Of a stretch of DNA of 64,000 bases, positions 52,920 to 64,000 are shown piece by piece (the stretch's first letter is position 1; every line of letters begins with the position of its first letter). A model generated the notes under the pieces. It was given only the letters and a program-made list of their open reading frames with translations, was not told where the DNA came from and made no database searches. The stretch covers positions 1,488,001-1,552,000 of the forward strand of contig NC_043014.1 of assembly GCF_006345805.1 (NCBI RefSeq). The letters run 5' to 3'. Origin of the DNA: Octopus sinensis (Eukaryota). Made by a program: the position numbers and the translations under genes.

Positions 52920-53090
52920 TAATTTTGGCTCAATATCAGCAATTTTCGTAAGAGGGGATTGTCGTTTACATCAGCCACAGTACTTGACTGTTCCTTTATT
53001 TTATCGATTCCGAAGGGATAATAGGCAATGTCGATCTTAGCGGATTTGAACCCAGAATGTAAAGAGACGGAAGAAATGCCGCTAAGCATT
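52920..53090 (-). mobile_element. Degenerate SINE family A
   Basis: GGATTTGAACCCAGAATGTAAAG...GAAATGCCGCTAAGCATT. Confidence 0.7.
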
Positions 53091-53506
53091 GTTTCCGAAA
53101 TTAGACCGAAATTAGTTTGGTTTTAACAAGATTTCGTGATGTTCATTCTTTTCGTGAGGGCAATGAGCGCCGTAAGTGAAGTGCAATCGGGATCTTAAAC
53201 CGCATTGCAATCTCTTGTCCTGTAAAAGATATGAACTACTGAATCAATGAGTTGCCTTTATTAGGGCCCATGTGACTACACAACTGAGAAATATATTTGG
53301 GGGAGGTACAGCACACATATCATAAAATAACATATATACATATATACATATATATAGATACTTATATACAAAGATGCATGCATGAATGCACACATGTACA
53401 TATACATGTATGCATACATAGATGTTGGATCAATCATCGGTTACATACGCATACACACAGATATAGATAGCTGAATATATAAGTTTATGTGTGTTAGTAT
53501 ATATAT

Positions 53507-53705
53507 CGCGTGTGTACCGTTGGCGATTTTTCCTCCGTCTTCCCTTCCTTGGATGTTTCCTTTTCCTATGTTTCTGACGAAGAGCCCCGAGCGAAACGTT
53601 AAATCCTCCTTCTTTCTTTCCTTTCCTGAGCGTCCAATAACACTAGACTTGTTTCACGTCCTCACGTTGTTGTGTTTTCTCTTGTGTTTTCATGTTTGGA
53701 TTAAC
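53507..53705 (+). mobile_element. Family D hammerhead-bearing repeat, copy 3 (HHR 53570-53604)
   Basis: Canonical CUGACGA core but stem II disrupted (GAGC-CCC-GAGC); flanked by TA tracts. Confidence 0.8.
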
Positions 53706-53760
53706 TTTATATATATATATATTATAGATACATATATATATATATATATACAATATATAT

Positions 53761-53809
<49 letters not shown>

Positions 53810-54119
53810 GTGTGTGTGTGTATGTATGTATGTATGTATGTATGTATGTATGTATATATGTATGTATATATATATAAATATATATAATATATAATATATA
53901 TATATATATATATATGTGTATATATATATAAATACATACATGCATAACAGATAGATATGTGGATGTATACGCATACATATATAAATCAAAATAAGCAACA
54001 GGATATCAAGTAGTGATGCAGTACGATCGTTTCAAGTGGCTCCATTTAACTGAACATTGGGGTCGATGTAATCGACTAGTCCCCTCTCTCCAAATTTCAA
54101 GCCTTGTGCCTTTAGTAGA

Positions 54120-54183
<64 letters not shown>

Positions 54184-54184
<1 letters not shown>

Positions 54185-54660
54185 AGTGTTATTATTCATG
54201 GTGTGCACGAATGGCTTTGATACAGGGTTACAACAATCTTCCTTAGATATCGAGGGTCTTTCTGACAATTCTTGCTCTTCCCAAAAGAGCAGGTTTCGGA
54301 ATTAATGCATGTTTCGTAGTTACACCAATCTCAATAAGGAAACTGTTAAGTCTGTTGGGGACGGTACGTGGGACACCTGTAACAACTGGGATTACCTTTG
54401 TAGAAACCCTCCACAGTCGCCGTATTTCCCGAGCCAAACCCTGCTATTTTCCTTTTTTTTCTCCTATTTTATGACCGCTACATTCGTGTCCGCAGATATA
54501 GCGACATCTATGGTGATGCACCCTTTCCCCCATCTTCTTCAGAACCATAATATCAGCATGGAGTTCGCGATCAGCCCGTACATTAAAATCCCATAAAACC
54601 TTGTATTGGCAGTTCTCTTTTACACTTTCTGGTTGCAGTTGCTACCATTTCTTTCCTACT
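54184..54660 (-). mobile_element. R4/Dong-clade LINE 3' fragment ending at (TAA)n
   Basis: KVLWDFNVRAD...ADIMV...CITIDVA...REIRRLWRVSTKVIPVVTG...ALLGRARIVRKTLDI*, the PD-(D/E)xK RLE region. Confidence 0.88.
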
Positions 54661-54893
54661 TATATATTCCTCTGTATTCCGGTTCTTTACGCTCTGAGTT
54701 GAAACCCCGCCGAGGTCGACTTTGTTGTTGTTTCTGAGTCGATAAAATAAACACTATTTAAGTACTTGGGTTGATGTAAACGATTAGCCTCACCTCGGGT
54801 AGACGCAAAAACTGTATCTTCCACGGGAGTGCTCCGACTTTGCCTTTCATCGTTGCGGGGTCGATATATTAAGTACCAGAGACACACTGGCGG

Positions 54894-54958
<65 letters not shown>

Positions 54959-55277
54959 TATATATATATATATATATTATGTGTGTGTAGTTATGTATGT
55001 ATGTATATATGTATATGTGTGTGTGTGTGTTGTATGTATATATATATTATATGTATGTATACATATATGTATGCATATATACATACACACACACATATGT
55101 AAGAAAGGTTGAGTTCAATTTGAACGCTTTTACTTTGATTCTTACATGTTGGTGTTACCATTTGAAACGATCGAATGTATGGATTAAAAGTTTATAACAT
55201 CTCTTCTCCATCTTTAATTGTTTGTTGAGTTTATATAGGACTTATGTTCTATAAAAGCTCATAGTATACCTTATACT

Positions 55278-55309
<32 letters not shown>

Positions 55310-55479
55310 TGTATGTATGTATGTAGTATGTATGTATGTATGTATGTATGTATGTATGTATGCATGTATGTATGGATGGATGGATGGATGGATGGAAACC
55401 TACGTAGTGGATATACAAATATGGCAAATCTAACAATTTCTTAGTAAATTAAATTAAAAAGAAAACTAGGGAAATATAA

Positions 55480-55645
55480 GCGCAGGTGTGGCTGTGTGGT
55501 AAGAAGCTTGTTTTCCAACCACATGGTTCCGGGTTCAGTCCCACTGTGTGGAACCTTGGGAATGTGTCTTGTCCTATAGTCTCGAGCTGAGCAAAGCCTT
55601 GTGAGAGGATTTGGTAGATGGAAACTGAAAGAAGCCCATCGGGTA
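55480..55645 (+). mobile_element. SINE family B 5' half
   Basis: Head and CORE-like part, ending at the internal (TA)n. Confidence 0.88.
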
Positions 55646-55728
55646 TATATATATATATAGTGAGGGCGCATGTCTCAGTGGTTAGAACGTCTCCTCCTCC
55701 ATATATAAATATATATATATATACATGG

Positions 55729-55773
<45 letters not shown>

Positions 55774-57107
55774 CTAGCTGTGTCGTTACATTATCCTTTA
55801 CTGTATTCTATGTTTAATGGTCGCCCCAGATAAAATACAATTCTAAAACACCAATCCCAGCCTACTTTGTTTTAATGCGGTTCAACCCCAATATTATCAA
55901 TTAATACGACGACCTTCAAGGCACCCAAGAACAGTTGGGTAGGTTGCATGCATTATCTACTCGAGGGTAGCACTAAGTTTCAAGCTGCACTGGTAATTGA
56001 TACGATCTTCAAGATATCTGTACCAGCTATTAATATTCCAGCTTCCCTCGTATTAGGTAATTAGATAGATTCTATAAGGCGTTGGTATACGTATATTGAT
56101 GGTGGAGGCTGGTGGTAGATGGTATACGTATGTTGGTACAAGGGCTGGCGTGGGATATCGATATCGGTGGACGGGGAGGGGCGGGAGGGCGATATCACTA
56201 TTGTCAGCTGATAGTTGTATAATGCATGTAAATCTAGGACGGCAATTAACATACTGTTCGTTGTTTGCAGTTAGTGATGTGGAGGGTTGGTAATCTCACA
56301 CCTTGCTAAATCTGCAGCCCGGTTTCGATTCCCAGTTGGATTGTATTCGGTTTATTTATATCACAAATAGTTTTAAAGAACACCGTGAAGAATTACGGTC
56401 AGAGGGCTTTGTTGCATCATAGATCTAATTTCAAATTCCTTCAAGGAACAAGAAATCTTTGTTTTCTCCATTTGGGGATAATATCAGAACCAACTTTTTA
56501 AGTGACCCTAAACCTTCCACACCTGTGCCAATTGGTAGTCGTCCTAGAAAAATGATGATATCATAGCCTACGTGATTGCGTTGTTTGTAATGGGTCATCT
56601 TTCCTGGAGAGGATAGTGCTGTAGCTTGATCTGTAAGAAGGGTCCCTCATTAAATTATTTCTGTGTTAGTATTTGAAAACATCACTGAAATCAAGGAAAC
56701 ACTCATCGACCATCCACAACACCGTCTCCTCTCGCTGCTTCCATTCAAACTCTCTCTCTCTTTCTTTCTCTCTCTCTCTCTCTATCTATCTATGCCTGTC
56801 TCTCTTTCTCTCTCTGTATGTATGTATGTAAGTGTGTGTGTGCATGTGCGCGCGCGTGGTGTGCGTATGTGTTAGTGTGTGTGTAGTTCAACTTCAAACA
56901 CTTCATCTGCCTGTTATGGTGGTTCAGCATCCATTTGCATTTGGAACATACACTGCATACGATGCAAATAACCACAATGGCAAAATGTAAATAGGAGACA
57001 TGATATAAAATCTGCATTTACTATTTATCATATATATAATGATGTAAATGTAATATCCAATGATCGAGGTGGAGCAAGAAAGTTCATATATATATATATA
57101 TAACATA

Positions 57108-57272
57108 CAAGCTGTATCGTTACATTATTCTTTAAATGTATTCTATGATTCTAAGATGTCCTTGGCCTGGATTTTTACCACCTCTGAGGTCACACCCCTC
57201 AACCCGCCCGCTTTGAAACATATGTAACCCGGATCTTACCTACTCCATTCCGTAACTCTTATATATATAAGA
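57108..57272 (-). mobile_element. Short Helitron-like remnant
   Basis: 5' TCTTATATATATAAG terminus like 19340; left end resembles 55773-55812 (ACTAGCTGTGTCGTTACATTAT); 3' hairpin absent. Confidence 0.45.
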
Positions 57273-57376
57273 TTATGCATGAAGACTAATCATGCAATGT
57301 CATTATGTGTAATCACACTAAGCCTTGAACCTATGAACATGTATATGTTTACATATACATACACATACCCCCCCCC

Positions 57377-57414
<38 letters not shown>

Positions 57415-59043
57415 CAACTTATTGATTGGCATTAAAACATTTTTGGAAGTAAATATTTAAAAAAAAAATATCGAAGTTTAAAAAAAGGCTGAAATATGTC
57501 ATCAGCGAAATCTAAGATATTTTTGAAAAGTTTTGTATTTAGTGGCACATTGTTAGAGTGGATATATTCCGAAGCATGTTCACAAGATGACACGGATACC
57601 TTACATCACACTTAAAAATCACAAGCTAAGCTTCTTTAGACGTCTGAAACGTAGGTTAGTGAATCCTTCTAGATCGAATTAGAAATGGTTAACAATCACA
57701 TCCTAGATTCAATTATGCTTCGAATAAAAAGATAATAACGCTTCAATTATGGGACAATTATAGAATTATTACAATTAAGGAAACGGTAGGTTTTTCTCTG
57801 ATTTCATAAAATGTTATACTTCCGTAACTAAATACTTTCTTTATAAGTCCTTTAACATTTTGCTAAAACCGTCGGAGCAATTTGTGTATCCGATATCAAG
57901 CTAATTGGGCAAAACCTTATTTTCTTGAATTAAATTAATTTTAGGTAAAAGAAAGAAAAATATCGAAGATAAATTGCTTAATTTTTTCATGCGAGCATAG
58001 AATGAGATAGAATAACCCAGAGTTATAGATATTTACAATGGGAACTCCTAAAAGGTTTCCTATGTTTCTGATGAGTTTATACAGGGTACAGTACGTGAAA
58101 CTCTTACATTCCATCAACCGAAATTCAAAGTTCGTTTTTACTAGCATATCCTTTGGTTCAGTAATAAGGAATTATCGGCAAGCTGGTCATTAATGGAACA
58201 AGTGTGACAGCATTAAAAATTAATTTTCAGTACTAGGTTATTAACCATCATGCAAGTGTGGAAATTTACGTACGAACGAGTGTTGTATTTGGTATTTATG
58301 TGAGGAATTGCTTCTCCTGTTTCAAGATTTGTACAGTCCGAAATGTTGGCAACTTCTAAACAAGTCTTTTAATACTTGAGATATTGCTAAGGGCCACTAA
58401 ATAGCTAATTCCTCTCGATCATTCACAACATTTGGTATTTCATTGACTACGTCTTTTGTTGAAGATTTTTACTCCCACTTTTTGCGAAAAAAATTTCTCC
58501 TCAAAGTGTTTAAAATTTTTGAGTTCCACCCCTTGCACTTTTATACGATGCACATACCCAGTTTCCTTATTCACACACACACACACAGACTCTCTCTCAT
58601 TCTCTCAGAATTATGCACACTAATACAGGTTTTCTAAATATTATTTTTCCATGTATATCCTTTACGTAAACAGACATGTTTAAATTCATTTCCTTTCTTC
58701 CTTAAATGGTAAATTCTCCCCTACTCCTTCCGTCAGCATTAAATTCTAGCAATAAGGAAGTGAGTTATATTGTTAAACAAGGAGATGCTGCAATAGTCAA
58801 ACATCTTCATTTTTTATTGTAATATTTGCCATATTTTTCATAATCTCCCAAAGATCAGAAAAAAAAAACTCGAAATAAGGATTTGTAAAGGTCTCAGTTT
58901 CTAACATACACACACGGGCGTGTGCACACATATATGTATAAGGGTGTTTATAGATCGGTATATAGATGTAGAAATACATTTCTACATCTATATACCGATC
59001 TATAGAATGATACACACTTAATTCCTTGTATACGTATATACTT

Positions 59044-59244
59044 TTCTACTCCTCGAAATTTTGGGGGAGAGGGCCAGTCAATTAGATCGACCCCAGTATG
59101 CAACTGGTACTTAATTTATCGACCCCGAAAGGATGAAAGGCAAAGTCGACCTCGGTGGAATTTGAACTCAGAACGTAACGGCAGACGAAACACCGCTAAG
59201 CATTTCGCCCGGCATGCTACCGATTCTGCCAGCTCGCCACCCTC
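59044..59244 (-). mobile_element. SINE family A with 24-bp target-site duplication
   Basis: AATTC(C/T)TTGTATACGTATATACTT at 59020-59043 and 59245-59268. Confidence 0.93.
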
Positions 59245-59414
59245 AATTCTTTGTATACGTATATACTTATATATATGTGCATGTGTGTGCGCGCGTGTGT
59301 GCTTGTATAAGTTCGTATCGTTATATATGTGTTAATGGGTATGAATGTCAGTGGGCACGCGTTTTCAATGTCTGTATGTTCGTATAACTCCGTGTATGTG
59401 TGCGCGCGCGACTG

Positions 59415-59457
<43 letters not shown>

Positions 59458-59925
59458 GTCTGCGCATACAAACATGTGTGTGCGTACGTGTGTGCTGATA
59501 TACTGCAGGTTTAACAAAGCCTTTGAAATCCAAGCCACAGAATGACATGTAATATGTGATAAACGGTTATAGACACCCATACCGAGAGAGAGAGAGTGTG
59601 TGTGTGGTGGGGTGGGGTGGGGGGGAGAGAGACATGATATCTAGTAACCCACAGCTGATATCTGATTTGTCACCGCCACATGTACTGATATCTAAGAATA
59701 TCTGTAAACCGCTTGAACGCGTGCCTCAGTCTCTCACACGACGACTTTATTTCCCATTTGATAACAGAAAACTGCTTACAAAACAGATTCACTCCCAGAC
59801 TAGTATAATTACAGATACATGCACGCACAAACGCACACATATATGTATATGTATATCTATATAAATATGTATATGCATATATATATATCTATATCTATGT
59901 ATGTATATATATATACATATATATG

Positions 59926-59957
<32 letters not shown>

Positions 59958-61118
59958 TAGTGTATATATAGGCATATATATATATATGATTATATATATA
60001 TATACAAACACACTATATATATATATGTTATATATATACACACACATATATTATATGTATAGATATATATATTGTGTGGTGTGTGTGTATGTATATATTT
60101 ATATATGTATATATCTATATGTATATGCATATATATGTATGTGTGTGCGTATGTGCATGTGTGTATGTATATATATTAATTATAAGTAGACAGATAAAGG
60201 GGTGGATATAGTATAACATATATATATATATATGCACGTATGTATACCCGTAAGGATATGCATTTAAATATGTGTATATATGCATACAAAATCACATGTG
60301 TATGTGAGTTTGTATGGATCCAGTGGTGACGCTCAAGTTTGGGTGTTCTGGTATTGCCAGGAGCTTGGAATCACCCCTTATTTACCATTGCTCTCAGGCC
60401 CCTTCTGACTCAAAATGATAGTACCTGTCGGTCCCAGGAGTACTTTTGGGAAAGCCATGGAGGAAGGTAGCTGTTCTAGGAGAAAGATACTCTGATATAA
60501 AAGTTTACGGTTAAAATAGTTAGCAGACATCTCGCAATGCTTGCTGCTGTTGGGACTTACCCTGTCGACCGAGACAGTGGCATAAGTGTTATGCAAGCTT
60601 TTGTCCCTTAAATCCATTGACAAACAGTTATCTCATTAATCGTTTCATTTTTTGGTCCGTTTTGTATTTGGTGAAGCCCTTTGGTAGAAAATCAGAACAA
60701 TCGGGTGAGACGGGTATCGATTTACAAGCGGAGGCAATCATCAGATAATCTTCTAAATCTTGTATATCAGAGACGCAAGAATACATCTGGGTAAGGGGTC
60801 AAATCCAGCCTAGAGTCTTTCTACCGCGCAGTGTTAGAAAAATAGATACCAGTATTATACTGGGGTCGATTCAGTTTTATTCTTTCCTATGTGATCAATA
60901 TTTGACCAGATATAAGAATCTGAAACTTTCACGTAAAGGAGCCCCCGTCGGTTTCGACGATGTGTCTTCAGTTGTTTGACCAAGGGATTACCTATTCGTG
61001 AAATTAATACGTAAACGGCTGAGTATTCCTGAGGTACGTTCAGTCTTAAGCGATTCTCATGCAGGACCTCACAAGGCTTGAACCTTTGGATTAGATGTCC
61101 AATGTAACGAGAAAAAAA

Positions 61119-61790
61119 GGAGGTGAGCTGGCAGAATGGTTAGCGCGCTGGGTGAAAATGTTTAGCAGCATTTCGTTGGTCAGTACACTCTGAGTTCAAA
61201 TTCCGTCGGGGTCGACTTTGCTTTTTATTCTTAATAAAATAAGTACCAGTTGAGCACAGGGTCGATGTAATCTACTTACTCTGCTTCCCTTGTGCCAAAA
61301 TTTGGAACGAATCTAGAGAGAAATAGAAGAATCAACTCTGAAACTGTTTTGGTATTTTATTAATCAATCCTGAAAGGATAAAAGACGAAGTTGATCCTGG
61401 CAGGATTTGAACTCTGAACGTAGATATCTGGAATAAAAGTCACACAGAGTATTCAATACGATGTTCTGACAATTCTACAAATTTCCAGCCTTGATGTTCA
61501 CATGATGTATGTGGTGAAAGGAAGTGAAATATTTTTGAGCCGGGATTTAAACTGTGACTCACTATTTGGTTTGCAGAGAGCGAGCTCAACTCTCTCTCTA
61601 CGTCATTTGTCATTCAACAAATCAACATTAAGAGAACCATTTGCCAGAATGGTTTGAACGTCGAACAGGTTGATGTGCTGTAATAGCTCTGGCTCTTTAT
61701 GTTATGGGTTCAAATCCCGCCGAGGTTAACTTTACTTTTTTATCATTTCGGCTCCGATAAATAAAATACCACTGCCGTCCTGGGGCTGAT
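61119..61790. mobile_element. Cluster of degenerate SINE-A copies (+ 61119-61310, - 61340-61490, + 61640-61790)
   Basis: Matches to head and body motifs. Confidence 0.75.
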
Positions 61791-62548
61791 ATATATATAT
61801 ATATATTAGTCTGTAGTTTAGTTTATCCGTTTGTCGCCTCCTGTCAAACAATAACTATGGTATTTATGTCAGGTGTGTCTACTGCCTCTGGGGTTGTTTT
61901 TCCCCAAGTTCACATTTTCAAAGTTCCGAGCTGGCCAAAACCGATTGTATCCCTAAAAGCATTGCCCTTATATGGCCACGAAATAATTAGCGAGGTCGAT
62001 GTAACTCGTGCTCCAGCACGGCCATATTTCAATGACAACTTCTTCGCCAAAAATGGAAAGAATATAATGTAATATTGGTGATGGCGCGTGGCCTAGTGGT
62101 TAGAGTGTCGTACACACGATCAAGCGATCGTGAGTTCGTCCCCGGACAGAACAGCGTGTTGTGTTCTTGAACAAGACACTTCATTTCATGTAGTTTTGCG
62201 GGTGGGAGATCGGCAGAATCGTTGGCGCGTCGACAGATGTGCCTTGCGGAATATCTTTCGGCCCTCTACATTCTGAGTTCAAATCCCACCTGCCTGGAGA
62301 ATGCAAAGCGATGCCACTTCAGTATTTATCCCAAGCCTAGTCATGGATGGCCGTAGCTACATCAATCTACTTAACGCTGACAGGGGAGAGTAGTGTCCTC
62401 TCACGTCGCATAGAGAGAGCTGGAGAAGGTTCATATGCACAGGACCTGACCAAGGGAGGACCACCGTTGGATATCATATTGAACAAACTGATATTTTAAA
62501 GATGATCAAAATTTTAGGTTGTTATTCATTCTGTTAATGAAAATAAGT

Positions 62549-62800
62549 GGAGGCGCGTGGCTTAGTGGTTAGGGTGTCAGCAAGATGATCGTAAGATTGA
62601 AGATTGTAGTTTCGATTTCTGGACCGGGCGACGCGTTGTGTTCTTGAGCAAAACACTCCATTTCACGTTGCTCCAGTCCACTCAGCTGGCAAAAATGAGT
62701 AATGCTGCGATGGACTGGCGTCCCATCCAGCTGGGGAACACATACGCCATAGAAACCGGGAAACCGGGCCCTTGAGCCTGGCTAGGCTTTAAAAGGGCAC
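62549..62800 (+). mobile_element. tRNA-derived CORE-like SINE with GCGATGGACTGGCGTCCCATCC tail (partial relative at 62081-62190)
   Basis: TGGCTTAGTGGTTAGG A box, TTCTTGAGCAAAACACT core, GTTGCTCCAGTCCACTC body shared with 3065 and 15638. Confidence 0.85.
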
Positions 62801-63287
62801 GTTAATGAAACTAAGTTTTAAATTAGTTTTTATTGATTTGATAACATTTGAGCAATTTATCGATAAGTAATCAGTGTCACTGATCTTGACTCCAGAAACC
62901 TTGCACTTTAATTCGAAGGGAGTAGAAGAATACTAAAAGATCCCATAGTTTAAAAAAAAAAATTTTAAGTGGGGCCAGAAAATCCTTGAGGAGAATTGAA
63001 CTCAAAACATTGAATTTGATCGAGGTAATACAATATCATAACCGTTCGACCATTGCACCTGTGAAGTTCTAAATTACTACGAGTAAACAAACGCCTTAAA
63101 AACATACTAAAAATAACCAGAGGCAGAGACAGAGAGGATGTATATCTTATATATCAGCCAAATGGATATTATCAGTCATAAAATGGCTATTAATAGCGAA
63201 CCAGATACACTGACTGATGTACATCAACGGGTGTTTGTACACGCGCGCCTGTGTGTGCGTGTGTTATATGTATATATATATTATATG

Positions 63288-63320
<33 letters not shown>

Positions 63321-63335
63321 TATATATAATATAGG

Positions 63336-63372
<37 letters not shown>

Positions 63373-63882
63373 AATATATATTATATATATATTATATATA
63401 TCCTGTACGAAAAGAGTAGTATTTTTAGTGTGAGGTTAAAGAGCTGAGCTAGAGAAAGATATTTGATATTAAGAGAAGAAGATAAACTAAAATACGATAA
63501 ACAGATGAGCTGTGATGTAAGTGGGGTCTACTATGTTAAACGTTCGCTCCGTCCCTGATGTGTAGGTGTCCGCTTTATGTAAATAATATGATAATTAGCC
63601 TTAAGGTGTATCTCAACGAAATTGGTCTTACGTACCAACAGACGTCACGCATATACACCACAATCTATACATTTTACATATGTTTGTGTGTGTGTGTGTC
63701 TGGAAGAAGACAACAATGGATTTGTTGTTGATAAAAGTTTTATATGTAAAAATATATATTCTATCAATACTCTTTATAAGAAGTGTTCGCTTGTATAGTT
63801 GCTTATCTCTACGCAATTATAAATATGGGTGTCTTATATTTGTATGGCTGAGAATGTGAGTGTGTTTGCATGTTCTGTGTGC

Positions 63883-63973
<91 letters not shown>

Positions 63974-64000
63974 AAGAGAAAGACATACATATATATATAT

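Overview
Gene-poor, AT-rich metazoan DNA dominated by microsatellites ((TA)n, (CA)n, (TACA)n, (GATA)n, (TAA)n, (CAT/CAC)n) and transposon remnants. The tRNA-derived SINE families and microsatellite load strongly suggest an octopus (coleoid cephalopod) genome; this is inferred from repeat content, not from a database search. Almost all ORFs in the track are microsatellite translation artefacts, and no intact host gene is supportable. Identifiable content: three main SINE families (called A, B and C here); LINE fragments of the RTE, Tx1/L1, R4/Dong and CR1 clades; mariner relics; a Mutator-like MITE with a 9-bp TSD; and a complete non-autonomous Helitron. The most interesting signal is a set of about a dozen type-I hammerhead-ribozyme (HHR) motifs, one fully canonical (21005-21047) and the rest variant or degenerate. 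They are carried by several unrelated, short, ORF-less repeats that mostly sit in (TA)n tracts, and some are arranged as foldback palindromes, resembling Penelope-derived or retrozyme-like elements. A second theme is microsatellite-associated retrotransposition: a Tx1 LINE ending in (TATC)n, and Dong-like LINEs sitting in the (TAA)n tails of SINE-A copies. All structures were read by eye and coordinates of degenerate elements are approximate.
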